Below, piece after piece: positions 36,910 through 46,537 of a stretch of 64,000 bases of DNA (the stretch's first letter is position 1; every line of letters begins with the position of its first letter). The notes beneath the pieces were generated by a model, which saw nothing but the letters and a program-made list of their open reading frames with translations, was not told where the DNA came from and did not search any database. The stretch lies in NCBI GenBank assembly GCA_964510655.1, contig CAZEAY010000001.1, forward strand, positions 99,302-163,301, read 5' to 3'. This DNA is from an uncultured Candidatus Saccharibacteria bacterium. Its GTDB lineage: Bacteria; Patescibacteriota; Minisyncoccia; Phycocordibacterales; XYD1-FULL-46-19. The translations under genes and the position numbers were made by a program.

Positions 36910-37950
36910 ATGACAGACCTTTCTCTCTATCGTAAATATCGGCCTGGGAAATGGGCGGAAGTAATTGGTCAAGATCATATTGTCTCCGTTTTAGAGGGGG
37001 CGATTAAGATGGGCAATATTGCTCATGCTTATCTTTTTTGTGGGACACGGGGGACTGGTAAAACCAGTGTGGCGCGTATTTTTGCTCAAGCGATTGGTAC
37101 GACCGCTAACGATACTAGTGAGATCGATGCCGCTTCTAATACTGGTGTGGATGATGTTCGAGAATTAAGGGAAGCTACTCGCTCTCTCCCGTTTGAATCC
37201 AAATACAAGGTCTATATTATCGATGAGGTCCATATGTTATCTAAGGCTGCTTTTAATGCCTTACTTAAGACGCTGGAAGAACCGCCACAACATGTTATTT
37301 TTATTTTAGCCACCACTGAGCTTAATAAGTTGCCAGAAACTATCGTTTCTCGTTGTCAGACTTTTGTCTTTAAGAAACCAACGATTGAAACTCTGAAGAA
37401 AGTGGTGGAAAAAACCGCCAAGAAAGAAGGTTTTACTATTGACGATGGATCAGCAAATCTAGTTGCGATGCTGGGCGATGGATCGTTCCGCGATACATTG
37501 GGTATTTTGCAGAAAGTTTTTAGCTCTTCGGTTGACAAAAAAATCACCGCCGAAGAAGTGGGGATGATTACTGGTGCCCCAGATAGTCAGCATGTTTTTG
37601 ATTTTATTACCGCTTTGTTATATAAAAAAGTAGACTTAGCTTTGACGGTGGTGGAAAAGGTGGTTGGGGAAAATAAAGATATTAAATTTTTCTTAAAAAT
37701 GATTTTGGCTGATCTTCGTTTGGCTATGCTCTTACGTTTTGCTCCAGATTTAAAGATTTCTATTAAAGAAGAAGTTGGTGAAGATGAATTTAAAAAGATA
37801 GATGAATTATCTCGTCATGAACAGGCGGAGTATTTACCTGCTTTACTGAAAGAACTTCTTCTTACTTATGATGAAGTCGGAAAGACTTATTTGCCACATC
37901 TACCACTAGAACTAGCGGCGGTTAAAATTTCTCAAATGATTAAATCTTAA
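36910..37950 (+). CDS. dnaX: DNA polymerase III subunit gamma/tau, minimal form
   Basis: YRKYRP, Walker A GTRGTGKTS, DEVH, SRC sensor; 346 aa with no tau C-terminal domains. Confidence 0.8.
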   Translation: MTDLSLYRKYRPGKWAEVIGQDHIVSVLEGAIKMGNIAHAYLFCGTRGTGKTSVARIFAQAIGTTANDTSEIDAASNTGVDDVRELREATRSLPFESKYKVYIIDEVHMLSKAAFNALLKTLEEPPQHVIFILATTELNKLPETIVSRCQTFVFKKPTIETLKKVVEKTAKKEGFTIDDGSANLVAMLGDGSFRDTLGILQKVFSSSVDKKITAEEVGMITGAPDSQHVFDFITALLYKKVDLALTVVEKVVGENKDIKFFLKMILADLRLAMLLRFAPDLKISIKEEVGEDEFKKIDELSRHEQAEYLPALLKELLLTYDEVGKTYLPHLPLELAAVKISQMIKS

Positions 37951-38028
37951 TTTTTTCTGTTTTATCGTCATCTATTTTAAAACCGATAAATAATATCGGT
38001 TTTTTGAAAAACGGGGTATTGTGCTAGG

Positions 38029-38607
38029 ATGGAAATGATTATGGAAAGAACTGACTCAGAATTGATTTCTGATTATCAGGCTGGAAATCAGTCTTCTTTT
38101 GATCTACTTGTTTCTCGCCATCTTAAATTAGTTTACTTATTTATTATGCGTTTGGTAGGAAATTCGGGGGAAGTGGAAGACCTGACCCAAGAAACTTTTG
38201 TTAAGGTTTGGAAGAATTTGGATAAATATGATCAGCGCCAAGATTTTAAAAATTGGATTTTGAAGATTGCCAAAAATACCACTTACGATTGGTTTAGAAA
38301 AAAGAAATCTGTAAATTTTTCTGATCTGACTCGCATGGATGAAGAGAAATTTGAGGATACCTTGCCCGATCCCGCTCTTTTGCCTGATGCCATTTTTGCC
38401 CAAAAAGAACTTGGTACTCATTTAACCAAGGCATTGGATATGATTGCTGTACCTGGACGTACGATCCTTGTTTTGCACTTGGAAGATGGGCTTACCTTTG
38501 AAGAAATTGCCAAAATTGTTGATCGACCGATGAATACCGTCAAAAGTCAGTATCGCCGTGCCCTCTTGTCTTTACGTGAATTTTTATTAAAAAATGCACC
38601 AAATTAG
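38029..38607 (+). CDS. ECF-type RNA polymerase sigma factor (sigma-24 family)
   Basis: Region 2 (LVYLFIMRLVGNSGEVEDLTQETFVKVWKNLDKY) and region 4 HTH (FEEIAKIVDRPMNTVKSQYRRAL). Confidence 0.85.
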   Translation: MEMIMERTDSELISDYQAGNQSSFDLLVSRHLKLVYLFIMRLVGNSGEVEDLTQETFVKVWKNLDKYDQRQDFKNWILKIAKNTTYDWFRKKKSVNFSDLTRMDEEKFEDTLPDPALLPDAIFAQKELGTHLTKALDMIAVPGRTILVLHLEDGLTFEEIAKIVDRPMNTVKSQYRRALLSLREFLLKNAPN

Positions 38608-38630
38608 CCACTTATAACGTATTAAACAGT

Positions 38631-39032
38631 ATGAGTAAGGAGTATAAAGACCTGTTTGCTTTTGATAAAAATCTGACTTTGCCGGAAGACCTTTTGTCGT
38701 CCGTTTTGGAGCGTGTTCGTTTCGAGCAAAAAAAATCGGCTCGGAGAGAGCTTATTTTTGTCGGTGGAGCCGCTGTTGGTTCTTTTGTTGGTTTGATACC
38801 AGCTTTCTCCTATTTTGTTTCTACTTTTATTGCTTCTAGTTTTTATCAATATACTTCTGTTATTCTCTCTGAAGGCATGGGAGCACTGACTTTTTGGAAA
38901 GAAATAGTTTTATCTTTAGCCGAATCTTTGCCAATTTTTTCTATTGTCATTTTTCTGGCCGTACTGGTGGTATTTCTATGGTCTCTTGCCCGCACGACTC
39001 GTGATGTCAAAACTGGATTTTTAACCGCTTAG
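38631..39032 (+). CDS. putative membrane anti-sigma factor, inferred from position
   Basis: Immediately downstream of the ECF sigma; cytoplasmic N-terminal helix plus TM helices; no diagnostic motif. Confidence 0.35.
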   Translation: MSKEYKDLFAFDKNLTLPEDLLSSVLERVRFEQKKSARRELIFVGGAAVGSFVGLIPAFSYFVSTFIASSFYQYTSVILSEGMGALTFWKEIVLSLAESLPIFSIVIFLAVLVVFLWSLARTTRDVKTGFLTA

Positions 39033-39049
39033 TTATTAATTAATTTATT

Positions 39050-39553
39050 ATGAATATTAAAGATATTGCTCAGTCGAAAACCTTACGTGGGGTTATTATT
39101 GGCTTAGTTATTTTTATTGGAATCAGTTTGGTATTTCAGTTGGGGGTTTTTGTTGGTTACAAAAAGGCGGAGTTCTCTGGTCGTTTTGGTGATAATTTTT
39201 CTCGATCTTTCGCTGGTGACCGCCGTGGTCCAGATATGATGGGTGGTTTTACTAAAGATATTTTTGTTGGTGGACACGGGGCGGTCGGTAAAATTGTTCG
39301 AATCAGTTTGCCAACTATCGTCGTGGCTGATCGGGAAAATATTGAAAAAATTATCTTAGTCAACGACGACACAGTTGTCAGAAGTTTTCGTAAAGATATC
39401 AAATCCGATATTTTGGCGGTTGGTGATTTTGTTGTTGTCCTAGGCTCACCTGATGATCGAGGACAGATCGTGTCTAAATTGATTCGCGTTATGCCGGAGC
39501 CGGGCTCTGGGTCGGGAGAAAAGTTTGCTAGTACCACCGTCAAATCAAATTAA
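39050..39553 (+). CDS. hypothetical membrane-anchored protein
   Basis: Single N-terminal TM, Gly-rich soluble domain. Confidence 0.4.
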   Translation: MNIKDIAQSKTLRGVIIGLVIFIGISLVFQLGVFVGYKKAEFSGRFGDNFSRSFAGDRRGPDMMGGFTKDIFVGGHGAVGKIVRISLPTIVVADRENIEKIILVNDDTVVRSFRKDIKSDILAVGDFVVVLGSPDDRGQIVSKLIRVMPEPGSGSGEKFASTTVKSN

Positions 39554-39561
39554 TTTTCTTT

Positions 39562-41238
39562 ATGCCTATTCTAAAAATAAAAAACTGGATTTTTGGACAT
39601 AAAAAAACAAGCGCCTTGGGAATAATTATTTTAGGCCTGGTCATTTACTGGTCTTATGGGAAAATATTTGCCGGAACCGCGGAAACAAAATATGTTATTG
39701 CGGCGGTTGAAAAAAGCACTATTGTTTCTTCGGTGACTGGTAGTGGGCAGGTGTCAGCTTCTAATCAAGTTGATTTAAAGAGTAATGTGGCTGGTAGCGT
39801 TGTTTATATTGGAACACAGGTTGGTGATCGTGTCCCCGCCGGAACGATAATTGCCCAAATTGATTCTGAAGATGCAGCCATTGCTCTGGAAAATGCCCAG
39901 ATTGCCCTAAAAAAGTTAACAAAAATTGACCCCCTGGTTGTCACGCAAGCCGAGAATGCTTTGACTGATGCCGTCGTTTCTAATAAAAAAGCGTATGATG
40001 ATGGTTTTAGTAATGTTACTAGTGCCTTTGTCGATCTGACTTCTATTTTGTCTGGTCTAGATAGTTTAGTTAATGGAGTCGGTGGAAGTGGTTTTTTGAA
40101 TGATCAAAAATATTTAGCCAACGAGACAGAACGGGGTTATATGTCTCGATTGCAGAGTAGTTATTATGGAGCCAAGAATAGTTATGATAAAACTAATGCT
40201 CTATATAAAACAATTACTAGAAATAGTAGCGAAAGTGATATCAGATCTTTGGTTAGTAGTGTTTATGATGTTTCTAAAAAGGTTTCTCAGGCGATTAAAG
40301 ATGGTCAAAGTGCGACTCTGTATATCAAAAATGAATATGGTAATACGAGTGAGGCCAGCTCGGCTCAGACCAGTCTAGATGGTTGGTTGTCAGAAATAAA
40401 CACCGATTTACAGTCTCTTAGTTCTTCTTTAAACACGATTGATAGTAGTACCAGAACCGTTGCAGAAAAAAAAGCAACCCTGACTGATGTCAAAAGTGGA
40501 GCGGATCCGCTTGATGTTCGGTCTCAGGAATTAGCCGTTAGACAGAAACAATCAGCTTATGCAGATTCTTTTATTCGGGCGCCTTTTGCTGGAGTATTGG
40601 CTTCTCTTGAAATAAATCAAGGTGATGAACTTTCTAGTGGTACGACCGTGGGGGTTTTTATTACGGAAAATAAAGTAGCTAATATTTCTCTTAATGAGGT
40701 TGATGTGGCTAAAGTTAAGGTGGGACAAAAAGCTACCCTAACTTTTGATGCGATTGACGGGCTATCAATTACTGGTAAGGTGATCCAGGTTGATTTAGTC
40801 GGCACAGTTAGTCAGGGGGTCGTTTCTTATAATGTAAAAATTGGATTTGATACGCAAGATGACCGAGTAAAATCTGGAATGAGTACCAGTGTTTCAATTA
40901 TTACTGACGTCAGACAAGATGTTGTTATTGTTCCAAGTAGTGCCATAAAAACTCAGAATGGTACTAGTTATGTTTTGTTGGTTGATAAGGGCGAGGCTGT
41001 TTCTTCGTCAACACAAGGGTCTTTACTTAATACTTTACCAACGGACCAAACAGTTGAAGTTGGTATTTCTGACGATACTTCAACGGAAATAATTTCTGGT
41101 TTGAATGAAGGTGACAAGATTGTTACCAAAACAATTACTTCTGCTATTACCGCCAAGTCTACCGCTCCTAGTATATTAAGCGCGACGGGTGCTAATCGTT
41201 CGGCAACTGGAGGAGCAGCGCGCGCCTTTGGACGCTAA
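39562..41238 (+). CDS. efflux transporter periplasmic adaptor (HlyD/MacA-family membrane fusion protein)
   Basis: TM anchor, long coiled-coil hairpin, lipoyl-like motif IRAPFAGVLASLEINQGD, beta-barrel; first gene of the MacAB-like operon. Confidence 0.75.
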   Translation: MPILKIKNWIFGHKKTSALGIIILGLVIYWSYGKIFAGTAETKYVIAAVEKSTIVSSVTGSGQVSASNQVDLKSNVAGSVVYIGTQVGDRVPAGTIIAQIDSEDAAIALENAQIALKKLTKIDPLVVTQAENALTDAVVSNKKAYDDGFSNVTSAFVDLTSILSGLDSLVNGVGGSGFLNDQKYLANETERGYMSRLQSSYYGAKNSYDKTNALYKTITRNSSESDIRSLVSSVYDVSKKVSQAIKDGQSATLYIKNEYGNTSEASSAQTSLDGWLSEINTDLQSLSSSLNTIDSSTRTVAEKKATLTDVKSGADPLDVRSQELAVRQKQSAYADSFIRAPFAGVLASLEINQGDELSSGTTVGVFITENKVANISLNEVDVAKVKVGQKATLTFDAIDGLSITGKVIQVDLVGTVSQGVVSYNVKIGFDTQDDRVKSGMSTSVSIITDVRQDVVIVPSSAIKTQNGTSYVLLVDKGEAVSSSTQGSLLNTLPTDQTVEVGISDDTSTEIISGLNEGDKIVTKTITSAITAKSTAPSILSATGANRSATGGAARAFGR

Positions 41239-41257
41239 CATAGAAAGATAACCAATT

Positions 41258-41956
41258 ATGATTGAGGTTAAAAATGTCACTAAAACTTATCAAACTGGAT
41301 CGATTGAATTTCAGGCTTTAAAAGGGGTTTCTTTTAGTATCGCTGATGGTGAATTTGTCGCGATTATGGGACCTTCTGGCTCTGGAAAATCTACTTTAAT
41401 GCATATTTTGGGAGCCTTAGACACCCCGACAACGGGGGAATATTATTTAGACCAAAAAGATGTCTCTACTCTAAGCGATGATCAGCTGGCAGACATTAGG
41501 CGAGATAAAATTGGTTTCGTTTTTCAGTCTTTCAACCTTTTGCCTCGAACCACCGTTTTGCGTAATGCCATGTTGCCACTTGTCTATGCTCGAGTCTCTA
41601 GAGATGAACGAGAAAAAATGGCTAAAAAGGCTTTATTGGCAGCCGGCATGGATGAGGCTCATTTTTTGCATTTATCTAATCAGTTGTCTGGGGGTCAGAT
41701 TCAGCGGGTAGCAATTTCTCGGGCGTTAGTAAATAATCCCTCTTTAATTTTAGCTGATGAACCAACTGGTAATTTAGATACTGTCACCGGAAATATCGTC
41801 TTGGGAACTTTTCAAAAATTAAATAAAGAACTGGGTCGAACTATTATCTTAATTACTCATGAACCAGATGTTGCTGAACACGCTGATCGAATTATCCATA
41901 TTAAAGATGGGTTGATTGTTAGCGACAAACGAGATCATCGAAAGCGTTTAATTTAA
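41258..41956 (+). CDS. ABC transporter ATP-binding protein (MacB/LolD-type)
   Basis: Walker A GPSGSGKST, signature LSGGQIQRVAISRAL, Walker B ILADEPTGNLD. Confidence 0.9.
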   Translation: MIEVKNVTKTYQTGSIEFQALKGVSFSIADGEFVAIMGPSGSGKSTLMHILGALDTPTTGEYYLDQKDVSTLSDDQLADIRRDKIGFVFQSFNLLPRTTVLRNAMLPLVYARVSRDEREKMAKKALLAAGMDEAHFLHLSNQLSGGQIQRVAISRALVNNPSLILADEPTGNLDTVTGNIVLGTFQKLNKELGRTIILITHEPDVAEHADRIIHIKDGLIVSDKRDHRKRLI

Positions 41957-41965
41957 GTAATCATC

Positions 41966-43189
41966 ATGCATCTTTTTGATATTCTTCATGAGACATATTC
42001 CGCGTTATTTTCGAATAAGGTTCGAACGGGTTTAACAATGTTAGGAATTGTGATTGGTATTAGTTCAGTCATCATTATGTTGGCCATTGGACAAGGGGCG
42101 CAAACTTCTATCCAATCTAGTATTCAATCGATTGGCTCTAACTTAATTATTGTTTCACCGGGAGCCCAACGTGGTCCAGGGGTGACGGTTAGTGCCGGTC
42201 GAGGTTCGGCTAAATCTCTTAAACTTTCTGATGCAGAAGCTATCTCTACCCAGGTCTCTTCTATTAAAGGAGTGGCTCCGGAGGTGACTGGGCGTTATCA
42301 ACTTACTGCTCCTGGTCAAAATACCAATGCTCAGGTTTCGGGGACCGTTCCAGCTTACACATCAGTGAGAAATTTGCAGATCGCTTTGGGTGATTTTATC
42401 TCTGATCAAAACGTGAAAAGCGGCAGTAAGGTAGCTGTTCTTGGGCCCAATGTTCGGGATGATCTTTTTGGAGTAGATGCTGATGTTGTTGGTCAAACTA
42501 TTCGAATAAATAAAATTGAATTTAAAATTATTGGGGTGACGGTGTCTAAGGGTAGTGGCGGTTTCGGTAGTGCGGATGATCAAGTTTTTATTCCGATTAC
42601 TACCGCCCAACGTTATCTGTCGGGAGATGAATATGTTTCAACTATTAGTATTGCGGCCACTGATGCCGATTCCACAACAGTTGTCCAAGAGGACGTTACA
42701 ACCCTTCTCCTCAGTCTTCATAAAATTAAAGACGGGGCTACTGCTGATTTCAATACAATCAATCAGTCTGATATTACTGCGGCTGCCACTAATATCACTC
42801 AGATTTTTACTATCCTTTTGGGTTCGGTAGCGGGGATCTCTTTGATTGTTGGAGGAATCGGGATTATGAATATGATGTTAACGACTGTGACTGAGCGTAC
42901 GCGAGAAATCGGTCTACGAAAAGCCATTGGGGCGAAGAAAAAAGATATTAGTTTGCAGTTTTTAATTGAGGCGATAATGGTGACCTTTATTGGTGGAGTG
43001 GTTGGTGTTGTATTGGGATGGAGTGTGTCTATTGGAATAACCTATTTTGGTGTTTTGCAAACTCAAGTATCCTTATTCTCTATTTTGTTGGCTTTTGGAG
43101 TATCAGCTTTTATTGGTATCGTGTTTGGCTATTACCCAGCCCGACGAGCTGCTTCTCTTAATCCGATTGACGCCCTTCGTTATGAGTAG
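41966..43189 (+). CDS. ABC transporter permease (MacB/FtsX family)
   Basis: N-terminal TM, large periplasmic domain, C-terminal FtsX-like four-TM bundle. Confidence 0.8.
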   Translation: MHLFDILHETYSALFSNKVRTGLTMLGIVIGISSVIIMLAIGQGAQTSIQSSIQSIGSNLIIVSPGAQRGPGVTVSAGRGSAKSLKLSDAEAISTQVSSIKGVAPEVTGRYQLTAPGQNTNAQVSGTVPAYTSVRNLQIALGDFISDQNVKSGSKVAVLGPNVRDDLFGVDADVVGQTIRINKIEFKIIGVTVSKGSGGFGSADDQVFIPITTAQRYLSGDEYVSTISIAATDADSTTVVQEDVTTLLLSLHKIKDGATADFNTINQSDITAAATNITQIFTILLGSVAGISLIVGGIGIMNMMLTTVTERTREIGLRKAIGAKKKDISLQFLIEAIMVTFIGGVVGVVLGWSVSIGITYFGVLQTQVSLFSILLAFGVSAFIGIVFGYYPARRAASLNPIDALRYE

Positions 43190-43219
43190 TCGATTATAAA
43201 TTTAATAAAAAATAAATAT

Positions 43220-43639
43220 ATGAGTACCAAACAAATTATTTCTATTTCTGTTATCGTTTTATTAGTTGGTGGTTTATCTTTTTATAGTGGCCAGTCGTAT
43301 GGTAAGAGTCAGGTTTCTTCTCGTGGGACAGGACAGTTTGGAACAATGGGAGCTAACAATCGGCCGGGTGGTACACGAATGATGACTGGTGGTGGTTTTG
43401 TGACTGGTGAAGTTTTATCTAAGGATACAAACAGTGTAACTGTAAAAATGCGTGACGGTAGTTCTAAGATTGTTTTCTACTCTGCCTCAACCGAAGTTCA
43501 GAAGTCGGTGACTGGAAGTGCTGATGATTTAGTTGTTGGTAAAAATGTTACTGTTACAGGGAAGGCTAATAGTGATGGTAGTATTACCGCTCAGTCTATC
43601 CAGTTACGAACGGCACCAGTTAACCGACCTCAGGATTAA
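43220..43639 (+). CDS. hypothetical exported protein, last gene of the efflux operon
   Basis: TM/signal, Gly-rich region, beta-rich C-terminus; DUF5666-like in flavour only. Confidence 0.35.
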   Translation: MSTKQIISISVIVLLVGGLSFYSGQSYGKSQVSSRGTGQFGTMGANNRPGGTRMMTGGGFVTGEVLSKDTNSVTVKMRDGSSKIVFYSASTEVQKSVTGSADDLVVGKNVTVTGKANSDGSITAQSIQLRTAPVNRPQD

Positions 43640-43705
43640 ACTGTTTCGGCTCACTAAAATATTATTTTGTTCTAATCTAAATGGCCTCCCCAGAAAGGGG
43701 CCATT

Positions 43706-45010
43706 TTGCTTAATTATGCTATGATAAAAAACATGAAGAATTTGGAGACTGGAGAAGATAATAAAAACAATAAATTTGACGTCATTGTTATTGGTGGCGG
43801 GGCTTCGGGAATGCTGGCTGCTGGCCGGGCGGCGGAGCGCGGCTTACGTGTTTTACTGTTGGAGAAGAATCGTTATTTAGGAGAAAAATTAAAAATTACT
43901 GGTGGGGGACGTTGCAACATTACCAATGCTGAATTTGATCGACAGATTATGTTGGCTAAATACGGTCCAGCGAAAGATTTTCTTTTTTCTCCCTTTGCGC
44001 AATTTGGCGTGCAGGATACTTTTGATTTTTTTACTAGTCGTGGTTTACCGCTAGTTGTGGAGGCACGGAAGCGGGCTTTTCCACAGACACAAAGAGCGTT
44101 GGATGTTTTTTTGACGCTAGAAAAATATATTCAAACTCATAAAGTGGTGGTAAAAACTAGTTCTCCCGTTTTTAAATTTATCAAAGATAATCAGGAGATT
44201 GTTGGAGTAAAAACGGCTGGTGGGGATTATTTTGCTAAGTCGTTTATTTTGGCCACCGGTGGTTTATCTCATCCAGAAACTGGCTCGACTGGTGATGGAA
44301 TGAAGTGGCTTACTGATTTAGGTCATACTGTTCGTCCACCGTCCCCGACTACTGTGCCATTGGCAGTGGCGGAGGATTGGGTTAAAGATCTTTCGGGGGT
44401 CTCTTTGTCGTTTATGAAAATCAGCTTTTATGTTGATGATAAAAAGGTCCTATCTAAAACCGGAAAAATTCTTTTTACTCACTTTGGTTTATCGGGGCCA
44501 CTAATTTTAAATTTGGCGGGTAAAGTAAAACCCTTCCTTGAACAGGGAATAGTGACCGCTAAGATTGATGCCTTTCCCCATACCGATTTAGGAGCGCTGG
44601 AAAAACAAATTGTAAAAATTTTTGATGCTAATAAAAATAAAGATTTAAAAAATATTTTTGACCAAATTGCTCCCGAGGGGACTGATAAGGCTATTTTACT
44701 GCTACTAACTGATATTCCGGCTGATTTGAAAGTTCATAGTATTACTAAAGAACAAAGAAAGGTAATTGTTCATTTACTAAAAGCTCTGCCTTTAACCATT
44801 ACCGGCTTAATGGGCTACGATCGGGCAATTGTTTCTGATGGAGGAGTAGCTTTGACAGAGATAGATACTAAGACGATGAGTTCTAAAATCCACCCCAACT
44901 TATTTATTACTGGTGATTTACTTGATATCAATCGACAATCGGGAGGATTTAGTTTGCAATTGTGTTGGACTACCGGTTTTGTTGCCGGAAATTCTGTTTT
45001 AAAAGATTAA
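43706..45010 (+). CDS. FAD-dependent flavoprotein, HI0933/YhiN family
   Basis: N-terminal dinucleotide fold VIVIGGGASGMLAAGRAAERGLRVLLLEKN, GGGRCNITN motif, C-terminal HI0933-like domain. Confidence 0.8.
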   Translation: MLNYAMIKNMKNLETGEDNKNNKFDVIVIGGGASGMLAAGRAAERGLRVLLLEKNRYLGEKLKITGGGRCNITNAEFDRQIMLAKYGPAKDFLFSPFAQFGVQDTFDFFTSRGLPLVVEARKRAFPQTQRALDVFLTLEKYIQTHKVVVKTSSPVFKFIKDNQEIVGVKTAGGDYFAKSFILATGGLSHPETGSTGDGMKWLTDLGHTVRPPSPTTVPLAVAEDWVKDLSGVSLSFMKISFYVDDKKVLSKTGKILFTHFGLSGPLILNLAGKVKPFLEQGIVTAKIDAFPHTDLGALEKQIVKIFDANKNKDLKNIFDQIAPEGTDKAILLLLTDIPADLKVHSITKEQRKVIVHLLKALPLTITGLMGYDRAIVSDGGVALTEIDTKTMSSKIHPNLFITGDLLDINRQSGGFSLQLCWTTGFVAGNSVLKD

Positions 45011-45101
45011 AAATAATTTATACACAGTTTGGAAATTTATTTTAGAAACAGTGGTGGTATACTATTACTGTGCGCACAATTACTAAGTAATAAAAAATAC
45101 C

Positions 45102-45164
45102 ATGTCCAAAGGAACCGGAATGAAGAAGGAAGTCAAAAAACCAAAAAAAGCTAAGAAAAAATAA
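45102..45164 (+). CDS. candidate 20-aa lysine-rich micro-protein (MSKGTGMKKEVKKPKKAKKK)
   Basis: Extended -10 TGgTATACT at 45055-45063, ORF, then a strong terminator; speculative. Confidence 0.25.
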   Translation: MSKGTGMKKEVKKPKKAKKK

Positions 45165-45170
45165 CTTCCT

Positions 45171-45199
45171 AAAAAAGCCCCGCGATAAGCGGGGTTTTT
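45171..45199. terminator. bidirectional Rho-independent terminator
   Basis: aaaaaagccccgc-gata-agcggggttttt with A- and T-runs on both sides, between convergent genes. Confidence 0.85.
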
Positions 45200-45206
45200 G
45201 TTTATT

Positions 45207-45914
45207 TTACTTCTTCAAGTAATATTTAAGGGTATAGAGCCAATCTTCGTCATTTTCTCCGTCAGACTCTTTTTGTTTTAGAAGCCATTCTAAATAGCCA
45301 CGGTCTGTTTCCGCTACTTCGGCCAGAGTTTTTCCTGCATGTTTACCAAAATTTATTTTTTTAAATAAGGATGGAGTGCTAGAAATTTCTATCATTTTAT
45401 TGATCGCTTCATCTTCACTTAGTCCCGTTTCTTTTATCTTTTGTAGTTGACGCCTAAAAATGGCGTAGAGGACATTTACATCTCCTTCGGCATCATGAGC
45501 ATTGCCCTCCACTTCTAAATCAAGGAAATAACGCAGGAATTGAAGGTTATACTCAGGAATCACGGCGTCGGTATCAAGATGGCGAGCAACTCGGAGGGTG
45601 CAAATAAAGCGCGGGACCGTTAGACCTTCGGCAGTGAGCATGGCGATATCAAACTTGGCATTGTGGGCCACTAGAGTGCCTTCGGAGAGGAGTTTGCTTA
45701 GGTCCTGATACATCTGGCTCTCCTTAAATAACGGCTTATCAGCCACCATTTTATTGGTAATATGGGTAATACTCATCGACTTAACAGAGATCGGAACGGT
45801 CGGCTTAAAATACTCAGTTCTAATGCCGTCGGTGGTGCGATAACAGACTTGGCAGAGACGATCTTTGGCTAAGTCATTGCCAGTAGTTTCAGTGTCTAAG
45901 AAAATTAAGTTCAT
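45207..45914 (-). CDS. DEDDh 3'-5' exonuclease (DnaQ-like)
   Basis: Exo I FLDTETTG, Exo II VAHNAKFDIAML, Exo III HDAEGDV. Confidence 0.8.
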   Translation of the reverse strand: MNLIFLDTETTGNDLAKDRLCQVCYRTTDGIRTEYFKPTVPISVKSMSITHITNKMVADKPLFKESQMYQDLSKLLSEGTLVAHNAKFDIAMLTAEGLTVPRFICTLRVARHLDTDAVIPEYNLQFLRYFLDLEVEGNAHDAEGDVNVLYAIFRRQLQKIKETGLSEDEAINKMIEISSTPSLFKKINFGKHAGKTLAEVAETDRGYLEWLLKQKESDGENDEDWLYTLKYYLKK

Positions 45915-45971
45915 TGTGTAAAATTTAAAATATTAAACAATTTATATCATAGCGTTTTTTAATCAAAGATA

Positions 45972-46220
45972 CTAATTAGTTTTTATCAACTTTAGTTTTT
46001 CCGTCCGCGAGAGTCTCTTTAATTCGGCTTCACGAGAGCGAGCTAAAGATAAGGAAGCTACCTCTTCGTAATATTTTAAAACTACTGGTCGGCGGATTTT
46101 AGTGTAGTGGGCACCGCTTTTAGCTGTGTTGTGTTCATGTAGACGTTTTTCTAAATTATTTGTACTACCGACATATAAAGTCTTGTCGGCACACTCTAAA
46201 ATATATACAAAATATTCCAT
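45972..46220 (-). CDS. GIY-YIG nuclease domain protein (82 aa, free-standing)
   Basis: MEYFVYILECADKTLYVGSTNNLEKRLHEHN. Confidence 0.8.
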   Translation of the reverse strand: MEYFVYILECADKTLYVGSTNNLEKRLHEHNTAKSGAHYTKIRRPVVLKYYEEVASLSLARSREAELKRLSRTEKLKLIKTN

Positions 46221-46363
46221 AGAGCTTATTATAACAAGCTTGTATTATTATGCTTATAATTGATAAATCCGGTAAAAATGTTATATTGTTTAGGTTGTTT
46301 TAATACCTTGCGGGATCGCCTGCCTGCGCAGGCGGGGCAGGCAAGTATAAAGTAATATAAATT

Positions 46364-46437
46364 TGCGGGATCGTCTAAAGGTAGGACAGAGGCCTTTGAA
46401 GCCTTTAATCGGGGTTCGATTCCCTGTCCCGCAGCCA
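46364..46437 (+). tRNA. tRNA-Gln (anticodon TTG), CCA encoded
   Basis: Acceptor tgcggga/tcccgca, anticodon stem gaggc-cuUUGaa-gcctt, T arm cgggg-ttcgatt-ccctg, then g-cca. Confidence 0.8.
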
Positions 46438-46537
46438 AATCGGAGCTTTTTGCAAGCGAAGCGTTCCATTACAAAAAGGCTGCGATTTGCGTCGCGGTGT
46501 TTTGGAACGAAAACACAAGACGAGGAACACGTAAAAT

